Virus record (IMG/VR): IMGVR_UViG_3300036907_000061
Location: 4,627 to 68,626 of that record
Length of the DNA stretch: 64,000 nt
From: a virus
Reading direction: 5' to 3' (one strand)
Shown piece after piece: positions 56,180-64,000 of the stretch. Position numbers and translations under genes: made by a program. Positions within the stretch are counted from its first letter, which is position 1. Every line of letters starts with the position of its first letter. Under the pieces are notes generated by a model, which did no database searches, had not been told where the DNA came from, and saw only the letters and a list, made by a program, of their open reading frames with translations.

Positions 56180-56842
56180 ATGGCAAGAATATTCATCATT
56201 GGATGCGGCGGAGTGGGCTCATGGCTCGCTCCGGCAATCTGCCTGCTGGCGGGCAGGAGAAACGTAACCCTGGTTGACGGAGATTCTCTGGAGGACAAGA
56301 ATCTGGACCGTCAATTATTCTCCGAGGACGATATCGGGAGAAACAAGGCCGAGGCCCTTGCGGAAAAATACCAATGCGAGCACATACCCTCGTTTTATGA
56401 GGAGGGCCTGGTCCGGCATAAGGATTCTGACTGGCTGCTGGTTGGGGTGGACAACAATGCCGGAAGACTCTCATGTTTAAAGTCGTGCGACGACTTCGGG
56501 TGTCAGGCCATATTTGGGGCCAATGAAACCCACTCCTCCGAGGCATACTATTATCGAAAAGACTGGTCCGGAACCAGGCTGGACCCCAGAATTTACTACC
56601 CGGAGATTCTCAAACCTGGCTCCGACCCCAGGGTCAGGTCCATTGGGTGTACCGGGGAGGCGCAAAAGGACAATCCCCAACTGGTATCCTCCAACGTGTC
56701 GGCCAATTCCCTTATGCAAAGCCTGTATGTGGTCTGGGGCATGGAGGCTCCCAAGTTATCAGCCGATATCATTCCCTTTCTGCCTTTCAGAAGAATCATC
56801 AACCTGTCTGCCATGTCGGAAATTAAAGTAGGACAAGCATGA
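56180..56842 (+). CDS. ThiF/E1-like adenylyltransferase
   Basis: IIGCGGVGS, LVDGD, NLDRQ, NKAEAL, GVDNNAGR; SIGC is the putative catalytic Cys. Confidence 0.9.
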   Translation: MARIFIIGCGGVGSWLAPAICLLAGRRNVTLVDGDSLEDKNLDRQLFSEDDIGRNKAEALAEKYQCEHIPSFYEEGLVRHKDSDWLLVGVDNNAGRLSCLKSCDDFGCQAIFGANETHSSEAYYYRKDWSGTRLDPRIYYPEILKPGSDPRVRSIGCTGEAQKDNPQLVSSNVSANSLMQSLYVVWGMEAPKLSADIIPFLPFRRIINLSAMSEIKVGQA

Positions 56843-57918
56843 AACAAAACACAAGATTCAAGGATTGGAAAAAATTCGAGGCGGCAGACCCCGCCTTGAA
56901 GTCCATGGACCCGAAGCTTGAATCCATTGTCATAAACAACCATCAAACCCAGGAGGATGGCGTATTTTATTCCTCCAAGGCTTCCGGAAAATATAACAAG
57001 ACCGAAAAGGGCGCGGAGCGGATTTCCCTGGAAGAGGCCCTGAAAGTTTGCGCCGACAGGTCGGCCACCCACATATGGGTTGAGGTGTGTTTTATTTACA
57101 GTAGAATAAAATGCTCAGCTCTATCAGAATGGATTTCCCGACCGCCAAACATTGAAGGATGCCTGGTATTGTGCATGCCCCGCGAGGTGTTCTACACCCG
57201 AAGTGGTTCTGGTGGTTTTTTGTCCACCACTGACGACATCCAACTGGCCGGTAGGTGGAACGCAACTCATCCCACCATATTAAATACAGCAGGCAATAGA
57301 AGTATGGAGATTTGGATTCCATCGGAAGAGAAAATACCCGACGGCAAGACCAGGATGTGCTCCATGGAGAAAATGTTGAGCGGCAGTCTGATTGATTTGA
57401 TCAAGTCCGCGCCCAAAAATCCCGTGGTCAGGTCCATCGTGCTTCAAAAGATGAAGAAGTCCCCCCCGGACGCATGCGACACTTTTGAAAAGATCAAGGA
57501 CTGGATTGAGTTCAATTTCGCCGCTTACGAATGGGCCCCCAATCCCAAGAGTGGTCGGGGGGTGAACTTTACCATTGAGGGTTCGGATCGGGAAACGGGT
57601 TCTTGCAGCTATGCATGCCACCGATTTGGGAATGTGGAGGAGACGATTTCCGAGGATGACATTTTAGCGGAGGCCCAACGGGCGCTTGCGGAGGGCTCAA
57701 TGGAAAGCTTCATAGATTCCATACATGAAACACTGCGGGAGCGAGCCGCGTCCAACATGGAATGCGGGGGAGGGGAGGATTATGAATATGATGATTACGA
57801 AGGAAATGCTTCGGATGGATTGGAAATTGATTTGAATATCTCTGTGGTAAAAGATAAAATAACCGGATTCCTGCAAACATATCATCGGGACATCCTCAAT
57901 CAACTGAAAGAACTATGA
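56839..57918 (+). CDS. Hypothetical protein of the Ubl operon, acidic C-terminal half
   Basis: ATGA-coupled to both E1 and JAB. Confidence 0.55.
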   Translation: MKQNTRFKDWKKFEAADPALKSMDPKLESIVINNHQTQEDGVFYSSKASGKYNKTEKGAERISLEEALKVCADRSATHIWVEVCFIYSRIKCSALSEWISRPPNIEGCLVLCMPREVFYTRSGSGGFLSTTDDIQLAGRWNATHPTILNTAGNRSMEIWIPSEEKIPDGKTRMCSMEKMLSGSLIDLIKSAPKNPVVRSIVLQKMKKSPPDACDTFEKIKDWIEFNFAAYEWAPNPKSGRGVNFTIEGSDRETGSCSYACHRFGNVEETISEDDILAEAQRALAEGSMESFIDSIHETLRERAASNMECGGGEDYEYDDYEGNASDGLEIDLNISVVKDKITGFLQTYHRDILNQLKEL

Positions 57919-59150
57919 ACCTGGTCAAAACCGAAATAACCCATCTGATAAGAAACAAGGAGGCCGCCGGGATACTCCAGTTCAAGGGGGAGTATAAAGT
58001 AACCGAGGCCAAAGGGGAGCTGACCTATGCCGGTCCCAAGATTCCCCCCGGCGAATGGAACAAGATACTTTCATTCTTAAAGTGGGTGTATGACACCACC
58101 CAGAGCGAGGCCCAGGTCAGGCTGTATCTCAACACCAAGACCAATGTGTGGGCGGCGTGGGCCTATCCCCAGGAAGCCAACACCGGAATGACCGCCAAGG
58201 AGATTGCCAATGAGGCGGCCAACGCCCAAAGGGCTCAGTTCAAAGATGATGCGGGGTGGATATATTTCGGAACCGTGCACTCTCATTGCGCCTGTTCAGC
58301 ATTCCAGTCCAGCACGGACGAGTCCAATGAGAAGGACCAGGACGGAATCCATATCACCATTGGATATCTGGACAAGACGGTGTATGACTTTCACGCCAGG
58401 CTCTATTTCGGAAAGGACCAGTTTACCCCAGATATGTCTGTTTTCTGGGAAACGGGGGATGTCATGAGCGGAGTGCCGGATGTTGTAAGGGACATGATCC
58501 CGGACGGATGGCAGGACAAACTGGCAAGGATGCAAATGGTGGTTCCACCATCCGAACCATCTTTCCCGGAACCATGGAAGGAAAATGTGGTGGATGTAAG
58601 GCCGCAATGGCAGAAAAACGACCGGGCCTGGGATGAGGATAACAGGCAGGGATGGAATGGTCGTTCCAACATCATCCACATCGATGGCAAGCCCAACCGC
58701 TGGGATGAGTCCACACACCGGTATATTGAACAGGAGTGGGACCAGTTCAAATCGCAGTACGTGCCGTTGGGTTCGGCATCAAACAAAGTTCCCGAACCCT
58801 CCTCCAATCCGGCGTGGTCAAAACAAAGAAGGAAGAAGGGAAACAGGGACAAGCTTATGCCAATTGACGTCCGCAAACAGGAAGCTTGTGATGAACTTTT
58901 CAAGATGGCCAATGAGCTGGGAGCGGAAGAGGCCGATATCATGCTGGAGTCCCAAGGCCTGGCCGATTGTCCTCTGGCCTGCGCCCTGGTAAAGGTGTTA
59001 AAGGATTACGATTTGGTTCCATCCGACATGGTTGACCAGATTGAGTGGGAGTTCAAATTTGACAAGAACACAGGAGCTCTCAAAGACCCGGTCCTGGAAT
59101 ATGACAAGTCCACCAACCAGTCAGAATTCGAGTCCGGTTTTCCGAATTGA
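57915..59150 (+). CDS. JAB/MPN+ metallopeptidase domain protein
   Basis: SEAQV...GTVHSHCACSAFQSSTD...GIHITIG (E-HxH-x7-S-x2-D). Confidence 0.85.
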   Translation: MNLVKTEITHLIRNKEAAGILQFKGEYKVTEAKGELTYAGPKIPPGEWNKILSFLKWVYDTTQSEAQVRLYLNTKTNVWAAWAYPQEANTGMTAKEIANEAANAQRAQFKDDAGWIYFGTVHSHCACSAFQSSTDESNEKDQDGIHITIGYLDKTVYDFHARLYFGKDQFTPDMSVFWETGDVMSGVPDVVRDMIPDGWQDKLARMQMVVPPSEPSFPEPWKENVVDVRPQWQKNDRAWDEDNRQGWNGRSNIIHIDGKPNRWDESTHRYIEQEWDQFKSQYVPLGSASNKVPEPSSNPAWSKQRRKKGNRDKLMPIDVRKQEACDELFKMANELGAEEADIMLESQGLADCPLACALVKVLKDYDLVPSDMVDQIEWEFKFDKNTGALKDPVLEYDKSTNQSEFESGFPN

Positions 59151-59153
59151 TTT

Positions 59154-59471
59154 ATGAAAATACCAACAATAAAATTAAAACTCAGAGCTGGCAATGGTCT
59201 GTATGCATATAGACAAGGAAGAGCGATCATACTGTGCCATAGATTTGTGGAAGAAACCATCGGAACAACACCACCAATCATAACGGTAACAACAAGTCTA
59301 AAGAAGCCTAAATACAAAAAGGCAAGATTTATCAAGCTGGGTTCTTTGTATGGCAAGTTTTCCCATTGGCAAGGCGGTATGGTGTATAGGGCTGCTGTCA
59401 TTCTAATCAGAAAACTATTCCCCAATCGAGATAAGGTCAGTCTTTGGATTATAATCCGCAGGTTAAAATGA
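59154..59471 (+). CDS. Basic hypothetical protein
   Basis: ORF in the operon. Confidence 0.4.
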   Translation: MKIPTIKLKLRAGNGLYAYRQGRAIILCHRFVEETIGTTPPIITVTTSLKKPKYKKARFIKLGSLYGKFSHWQGGMVYRAAVILIRKLFPNRDKVSLWIIIRRLK

Positions 59472-59863
59472 AGTTCTGGGTGTTCATTCTGTGTCTGGTG
59501 CTGTGCCACGCCAGCGCTCAAGACATCAGGATTGTTGCCCTGAGTCAGATTGAATCCGGAGACCGGGATGATGCGATTGGTGCCTGTGGGGAGGTTTCCC
59601 GATGGCAGGTTCTGCAATCAGTGTGGATGGAGTATGCGAAGGATGAGAATCCCAAAGTATCTTCCGAGGCGGTTGTGGTGGTCAATCGAATCATCAATGA
59701 CCGGATAAATCATTTCACCCAGAGATACCATAGACAGCCCACCGATGAGGAGTATTATCTGCTATGGCATCGCCATGCAAGGGTCTTGAATCCCCGAATC
59801 AATGAAAAGGAACGGGCTGAAAGATTTGCAAATTTAGTGCGGTCAATGCGTTCTACACAATAA
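59468..59863 (+). CDS. Secreted lysozyme/lytic-transglycosylase-like protein
   Basis: Signal peptide; ALSQIESG.D.AIG..GEVSRWQV with a putative catalytic Glu. Confidence 0.7.
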   Translation: MKFWVFILCLVLCHASAQDIRIVALSQIESGDRDDAIGACGEVSRWQVLQSVWMEYAKDENPKVSSEAVVVVNRIINDRINHFTQRYHRQPTDEEYYLLWHRHARVLNPRINEKERAERFANLVRSMRSTQ

Positions 59864-59867
59864 TCAT

Positions 59868-60122
59868 ATGGCCAGAAAACTTCTTCCCCTGATACATTAC
59901 TCTCCTGGAGCACAGTTATCACCCCAATTCAACCCTCCCAAACCACTGGCCTGCTGCCCGTCATGCAAGCGTCCGCTAATCGCGGAAAAGAAAGAAGGTT
60001 TGTTTGCGGTATATTGTGGAAATCCCCATTGTGACAGCGTAATCGCCAACACCGGGGCTTCCGGCAGTACTCCTGATGAGGCTATGGACAACTTCAATGC
60101 CAAAATGGCAAAAAATATATGA
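59868..60122 (+). CDS. Lar-like zinc-finger protein
   Basis: CPSC...VYCGNPHC...EAMDNFN. Confidence 0.55.
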   Translation: MARKLLPLIHYSPGAQLSPQFNPPKPLACCPSCKRPLIAEKKEGLFAVYCGNPHCDSVIANTGASGSTPDEAMDNFNAKMAKNI

Positions 60123-60388
60123 CTGAAACCGAGACCAAACTGCGCGAAATCCTATGCCTGTTTCTGGGCATAAATACGGACCAGATTCAACCATCTTCGG
60201 ACATCATAAAAGACCTTGGTGCTGATAGTCTGGACGTGGTGGAAATCATCATGGAAATAGAAGATGAATTTCAGATTGCCATCGACGACGAAGACGTATT
60301 AAAAATAAAGACATTCCAGGATGTGCTTGCTTTGGTGGATAAAGAGTCGTCCTCACTACTGAGTCATCAATTCCAGGGTGACTCATAA
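60119..60388 (+). CDS. acpP: Acyl carrier protein
   Basis: DLGADSLDVVEIIMEIEDEFQI.IDDED..KIKT with the phosphopantetheine Ser. Confidence 0.92.
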   Translation: MTETETKLREILCLFLGINTDQIQPSSDIIKDLGADSLDVVEIIMEIEDEFQIAIDDEDVLKIKTFQDVLALVDKESSSLLSHQFQGDS

Positions 60389-60431
60389 CAAATGAGAGAG
60401 ACTACAGGCCGTTCACTGAGGCGCGTGACCT

Positions 60432-60842
60432 ATGACAACCGCAACCAAAAACTCGAAGCGACAAACTCGGACGCCCAACGGCGGCGAAGAAACAACCATC
60501 TTCCTTGCTGCTCTTGCAGCAAAGCTCGAACTGCCAACCGATGTGACACTGCTGGCTTGCGGCATGCAGGGTCTGAGATACGGTATGGCAACTGTCGGTG
60601 AATGTGCAGACAAAATCATCAAAGACTATCTAAACGGCGCACTGGCCGAACGTCTAGCCGGTGGCGGCAACGGTGGAGCGCAAGACCGGCCCGAAAAGAA
60701 ATGGTGCGCGTGGTGTGGGGTGTGGGGCGACCACACAAGCGGCGGATGTGACGACCTCCACGATGTTTTACTGCATCGTCGAGCGGAAGCAGAAAAGCAG
60801 CCGAACGCGGGAACTGATCCGACGCCGACAAACAACAAATAA
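60432..60842 (+). CDS. Hypothetical protein (cassette-like, ends in an attC arm)
   Basis: C-terminal PNAGTDPT is read from the left attC arm; CAWC..GDH motif. Confidence 0.5.
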   Translation: MTTATKNSKRQTRTPNGGEETTIFLAALAAKLELPTDVTLLACGMQGLRYGMATVGECADKIIKDYLNGALAERLAGGGNGGAQDRPEKKWCAWCGVWGDHTSGGCDDLHDVLLHRRAEAEKQPNAGTDPTPTNNK

Positions 60843-60932
60843 ATATGAGAGAACGAAATCTGCCGTTGAACACAGAACTGCCGCATGAAAAACCGCAGGA
60901 CGAGGGGCTGTTAGGTCCGGCGACTTGTGAGG
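60800..60932 (-). other. Degenerate attC-like site 4
   Basis: gaac gcggga actgatccgacgcc ... ggctgttaggtccggc gactt gtga pairs on the top strand with G-T wobbles. Confidence 0.45.
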
Positions 60933-61168
60933 CGATTCCTCACGCTGATCTGCTGGACATGTTGAAAGGGGCCGCGTGGTATTCCGGCGGGCGTGAGTGC
61001 TACGGTGAGCATCAAGGATACAGTTTCGATGTGGACGAAGAAACATCTCTGCGCGACGTGCTCTACCGCGACGAGACTCTATACAAAACGCCAGAAGAAG
61101 CAATCGTCGCCCACTGGCACAGACACTATTCGCCGAACGACCGAACTCTGCCGCGTGCCGACAAATGA
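60845..61168 (+). CDS. Cassette hypothetical protein
   Basis: Starts inside site 4 and ends inside site 5. Confidence 0.55.
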   Translation: MRERNLPLNTELPHEKPQDEGLLGPATCEAIPHADLLDMLKGAAWYSGGRECYGEHQGYSFDVDEETSLRDVLYRDETLYKTPEEAIVAHWHRHYSPNDRTLPRADK

Positions 61169-61263
61169 CACTCGACGACCAAGCATGGAAGGAACATATC
61201 GCTATGCTCAAAGCATCTAAACTGGCGGCGCAAGGCACGTTGGCAGCAGTGAGCTTGTTAGCC
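61132..61263 (-). other. attC-like site 5
   Basis: gaac gaccga actctgcc gcgtgcc ... ggcacg t tggcag c agt gagctt gtta, with two extrahelical bases. Confidence 0.8.
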
Positions 61264-61422
61264 TGCCGCCGCTGCGGAAAAACACCATCAATGACATCAA
61301 ACGGTGGTATGTGGTATGCGACCTGTGAGCATCCAGCGTGTGACACAACCATCCACGCCGAAACGCTCGATGAGCTTGTCAAGTGGTGGAACATAATTCA
61401 AAACTCAACTGCGGCAGGCTAA
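61165..61422 (+). CDS. Cassette-borne Lar-like zinc-finger protein
   Basis: CRRCG...CEHPAC...VKWWN; core bounded by a perfect 13-bp inverted repeat, gttagcctgccgc / gcggcaggctaac. Confidence 0.65.
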   Translation: MTLDDQAWKEHIAMLKASKLAAQGTLAAVSLLACRRCGKTPSMTSNGGMWYATCEHPACDTTIHAETLDELVKWWNIIQNSTAAG

Positions 61423-61461
61423 CGCTCCGGGTGAGCCACCAGCGCGCGAAAACCAAAAACT

Positions 61462-61680
61462 ATGAATACTCAAACGACTCCCGAACTGCAACAAACAATC
61501 GAAACTGTGAAAACCGCGAAAGCCACGAACCTGTTCTTGGCGGACGTGAAAACCTACGGCAGCCAAAGTCAAGCCCTCCGCGCCCTGGACTGTCAGACCC
61601 GCGATGAAGCAATCACGATGCTGGCCGCCGTGCAAAAGGTCAGCGTGTTCAAGCGCGACGGAAGGGTGGTGGTGCAATGA
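61462..61680 (+). CDS. Hypothetical protein
   Basis: aaaactATG start following an attC half-site. Confidence 0.5.
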   Translation: MNTQTTPELQQTIETVKTAKATNLFLADVKTYGSQSQALRALDCQTRDEAITMLAAVQKVSVFKRDGRVVVQ

Positions 61681-62048
61681 AACCATGCCCGCGCTGTGGA
61701 AATCGGAATCAAGACTCTTTGGGTGCTTGTTGCGGGTGTGGCTACACAACTCCAACCCCGCGTGAAATTGTGGAACGGGCAGGCGCAAAAACAAAATGCC
61801 GGACGCTCTCCGGCCAGCACGAGAAGCTAGAACGCGCCCGCGCCTGCCTGCGAACCAAAACAAAGGAGTCGCAACGGCGCGGCGACCTTCTGAACCACGC
61901 CGAGGAACTTCTGGTCGCCGTGGTGGAATTTGTGAACGACTGGAAAAAAGGCGACTTCCAACTCTGCGAACTCGCAAGCTGTGACGCCGAAGTGATGAAA
62001 GATAAGGCCGTCATATTTTCAAAGGAACTCGCCAAGCAACCGCTATGA
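61677..62048 (+). CDS. Zinc-ribbon hypothetical protein
   Basis: CPRC...CCGC. Confidence 0.5.
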   Translation: MKPCPRCGNRNQDSLGACCGCGYTTPTPREIVERAGAKTKCRTLSGQHEKLERARACLRTKTKESQRRGDLLNHAEELLVAVVEFVNDWKKGDFQLCELASCDAEVMKDKAVIFSKELAKQPL

Positions 62049-62142
62049 ATCCAGCCTCACAACTCGGTAAAATGGCTGCTGGCGTGCCGAAGAAATTCAG
62101 CGCGTCCGAACTCGCAAAACGCAAGGAACTAGATTTTCTTTC

Positions 62143-63024
62143 ATGGCCAATACCAACGTAAAACTACAGCCCGAACTGGGGTCTCTGGCTATTGAATTCG
62201 ATAACGCACTGCTGCAAAGGTGCAAGTCCAGACACACCATAGCTGCTTACCATGCCGCAGTTCAGGGGTGGCTGTCATACCACCGACTGATAAAAGCTTC
62301 ACCTAGAAGCATTACAGAGGCACAGGTGGCATCCTGGATAAACAGGTCTGGAGGACAGAAGCTTGCAACCCGCAAGCTTTGGTTGGCTGCTATTACCGCT
62401 TTCTGTGAATACTTGCGTAATTGCGGTTACATACTGGGAAATCCTGCCAAGAATGTGTCAGTGGACTTCAATTCCCTTACCCACGAACAGAGGGAAACCA
62501 AGAAGAAGATTCCTTTCACCGACGAGGAAGTGGATCGTTTAATTAAATATTTCAAGGAACACAACGAGTTATTCTGGGAGTGGGCCGTTATTGTTGGACG
62601 GGATACCGGATTGAGGATATCGGATATATGCAATCTGGAGCATTCATGCTTCAACGATCCAGGAACAATATCAGTATGGCAGGAAAAGGTGAATACCCGG
62701 GTATCACTTCCAACCACCCCACGGATCGTCGAGATGATTCCAAGGCTGCCTGGCGATGGAAGGTTCATTTTCAACCACGAGCGCTCAATCGTCATCAATC
62801 CTTTTGAGAGAACCAGGCTAAGAAACTATTTTCACGAAGTCCTGCAAAAGATTGGAATCCACGGCAAGTCCTTCCACTGCCTTAGATACGCATTTCTGCA
62901 AAGCCACAACAATCAAGGGGAGAAGGAGGTGCTTGCCAGAAAGCTGGTGGACGCCATGACCTTGGAAGATATACGCCGACTGGCTGGGCATGGCAACTCT
63001 CACACCACAAAAGGATACCTATGA
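62143..63024 (+). CDS. Tyrosine recombinase/integrase (Xer-like, not IntI-type)
   Basis: TGLRISD (R), K, HCLR, LAGH, TTKGY catalytic residues; no IntI-specific insertion before HxxR. Confidence 0.9.
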   Translation: MANTNVKLQPELGSLAIEFDNALLQRCKSRHTIAAYHAAVQGWLSYHRLIKASPRSITEAQVASWINRSGGQKLATRKLWLAAITAFCEYLRNCGYILGNPAKNVSVDFNSLTHEQRETKKKIPFTDEEVDRLIKYFKEHNELFWEWAVIVGRDTGLRISDICNLEHSCFNDPGTISVWQEKVNTRVSLPTTPRIVEMIPRLPGDGRFIFNHERSIVINPFERTRLRNYFHEVLQKIGIHGKSFHCLRYAFLQSHNNQGEKEVLARKLVDAMTLEDIRRLAGHGNSHTTKGYL

Positions 63025-63185
63025 AAAAATTACCAAACCCCGGCAGCGATAAGGCGAGAAAATTGGGATGTCTTTGCCCGGTCATGGACAACAACCATGG
63101 AAAAGGCTATATGGGAATGAAAGGAATATTCGTGATGCAGGGCAACTGTCCACTACATGGAACCAAACAAAGGAAAAAGAAATGA
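63021..63185 (+). CDS. Small Cys/His phage protein
   Basis: PNPGS..A..LGC.CP..DN..G.G...CPLHG; ATGA overlap with the integrase. Confidence 0.7.
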   Translation: MKKLPNPGSDKARKLGCLCPVMDNNHGKGYMGMKGIFVMQGNCPLHGTKQRKKK

Positions 63186-63427
63186 ATGATTTGCATTGGG
63201 TCACTGGCAAACCGACATCTCATGGATGGTATTGGTTGAAGTCCTACCACACCAATCTAGTCACCAAGGCCAGAGAGGTGACCGATGTTGGGATTGTTTT
63301 CGTGTGCCAGGGATCATATCGACGGAAAGCGGGATTGCAGGTGATAGGAAAGTTCTGGCGGGCCATGATGGAGGAGATTCCGGTAGACGACCAGTGGGCG
63401 GGACCAATTGAAACCCCACAAGATTAG
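63182..63427 (+). CDS. Hypothetical protein
   Basis: W...KPT.HGWYW...QWAGPI..P motif. Confidence 0.6.
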   Translation: MNDLHWVTGKPTSHGWYWLKSYHTNLVTKAREVTDVGIVFVCQGSYRRKAGLQVIGKFWRAMMEEIPVDDQWAGPIETPQD

Positions 63428-63606
63428 CGCTTAAATCCTCTAAGGGTCATGGCTAATCTGGCTCGTTTTCCAACAACCCCCGGCTCCTTTGCGGCGCGTC
63501 CCAGAGTGTGCAGGTCTATGCTGTGACCCAATGGAATGTGCAGATTCTTGTGCAATGCGCCCGGCTTGTGTTGGGCAAGAGCCTTTTGTATCCAATGTTC
63601 TGACAT
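63424..63606 (-). CDS. Small basic phage protein
   Basis: WIQKA...KPGALH..L.IP...GKRARLA.TL; upstream TTGACT-16-TAAATT promoter. Confidence 0.7.
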   Translation of the reverse strand: MSEHWIQKALAQHKPGALHKNLHIPLGHSIDLHTLGRAAKEPGVVGKRARLAMTLRGFKR

Positions 63607-63646
63607 GCCATAATTTAACACTCAAACAGAAAAAGTCAAATGAAAT

Positions 63647-63949
63647 ATGGAAATCACCGAATCCATTATTCCCATGCGTGGCGCGGTGATTGAGGTGTCT
63701 AAAACCAAGGAGATACCGCACATCTATCACGGAGATAAGGAACAGAGGAGCCTTGAGATCACCATTCTGGCGCATAGATATTTGTACTACTGTTTAGCCA
63801 GACCGGTCATCAGCGATTACACCTACGACATGACCTGCAAAGATGCCAGAACCAAGTTTCCACACAGCCAGGTTTTGCTTTCAATGGGCAGCGACAACGC
63901 TGCAGACTATCCGATTGAGGCTATTCAACTGGCGCATAGGATGTGCTAA
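63647..63949 (+). CDS. Stand-alone NAD-dependent DNA ligase domain Ia-like protein
   Basis: HRYLYY....PVISDYTYD motif. Confidence 0.65.
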   Translation: MEITESIIPMRGAVIEVSKTKEIPHIYHGDKEQRSLEITILAHRYLYYCLARPVISDYTYDMTCKDARTKFPHSQVLLSMGSDNAADYPIEAIQLAHRMC

Positions 63950-64000
63950 AACGCCGCCGCACCCTGTCGCAGCATGTTGAGACTGGGTCTGGAAATTGAT
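63946..64000 (-). CDS. 3' end of a minus-strand ORF entering from beyond the window
   Basis: ...RPSLNMLRQGAAAF* with TAG overlapping the plus-strand stop. Confidence 0.3.
   Translation of the reverse strand, partial: SISRPSLNMLRQGAAAF

Noticed and set aside
62143-63024. Integron integrase IntI
   Set aside because: The segment between the catalytic Lys and HxxR is short and lacks the IntI-specific insertion; no attI was recognised.

Overview
This window is most of a tailed-phage genome, probably podovirus-like (no tape measure or sheath gene, large ejection-type proteins). It may be a circular permutation, since both window ends fall inside minus-strand ORFs. Bases 1-32.6 kb are a minus-strand virion module: terminase, GroES, portal, scaffold, major capsid, adaptor/nozzle, fibres and ejection proteins. 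It holds an unusual number of Thr/Asn-rich proteins with Sec signal peptides. Bases 32.9-46.5 kb are plus-strand replication, recombination and modification genes. Bases 47.1-48.2 kb are a non-coding control region with a G-quadruplex, three palindromes phased exactly 64 bp apart and a long structured RNA candidate. Bases 48.3-64 kb are an early/accessory region. Main highlights: (1) Integron-type attC gene cassettes, oriented opposite to their genes, sit in the phage without an IntI integrase. A 1667-bp three-cassette block splits an MT-A70 adenine methyltransferase exactly at a TAAC/GTTA core and brings in a two-frame C5 methyltransferase; one cassette has a circularly permuted attC. (2) The phage encodes a ubiquitin-like conjugation operon (Ubl, E2-like, E1/ThiF, JAB). 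(3) There are several structured or tRNA-like RNA candidates. (4) A DUF6948-like gene is duplicated exactly, each copy followed by a differently ordered Gly-X repeat ORF. Family names come from motif recognition by eye, not from database searches. A Verrucomicrobia-like host is only a weak inference.
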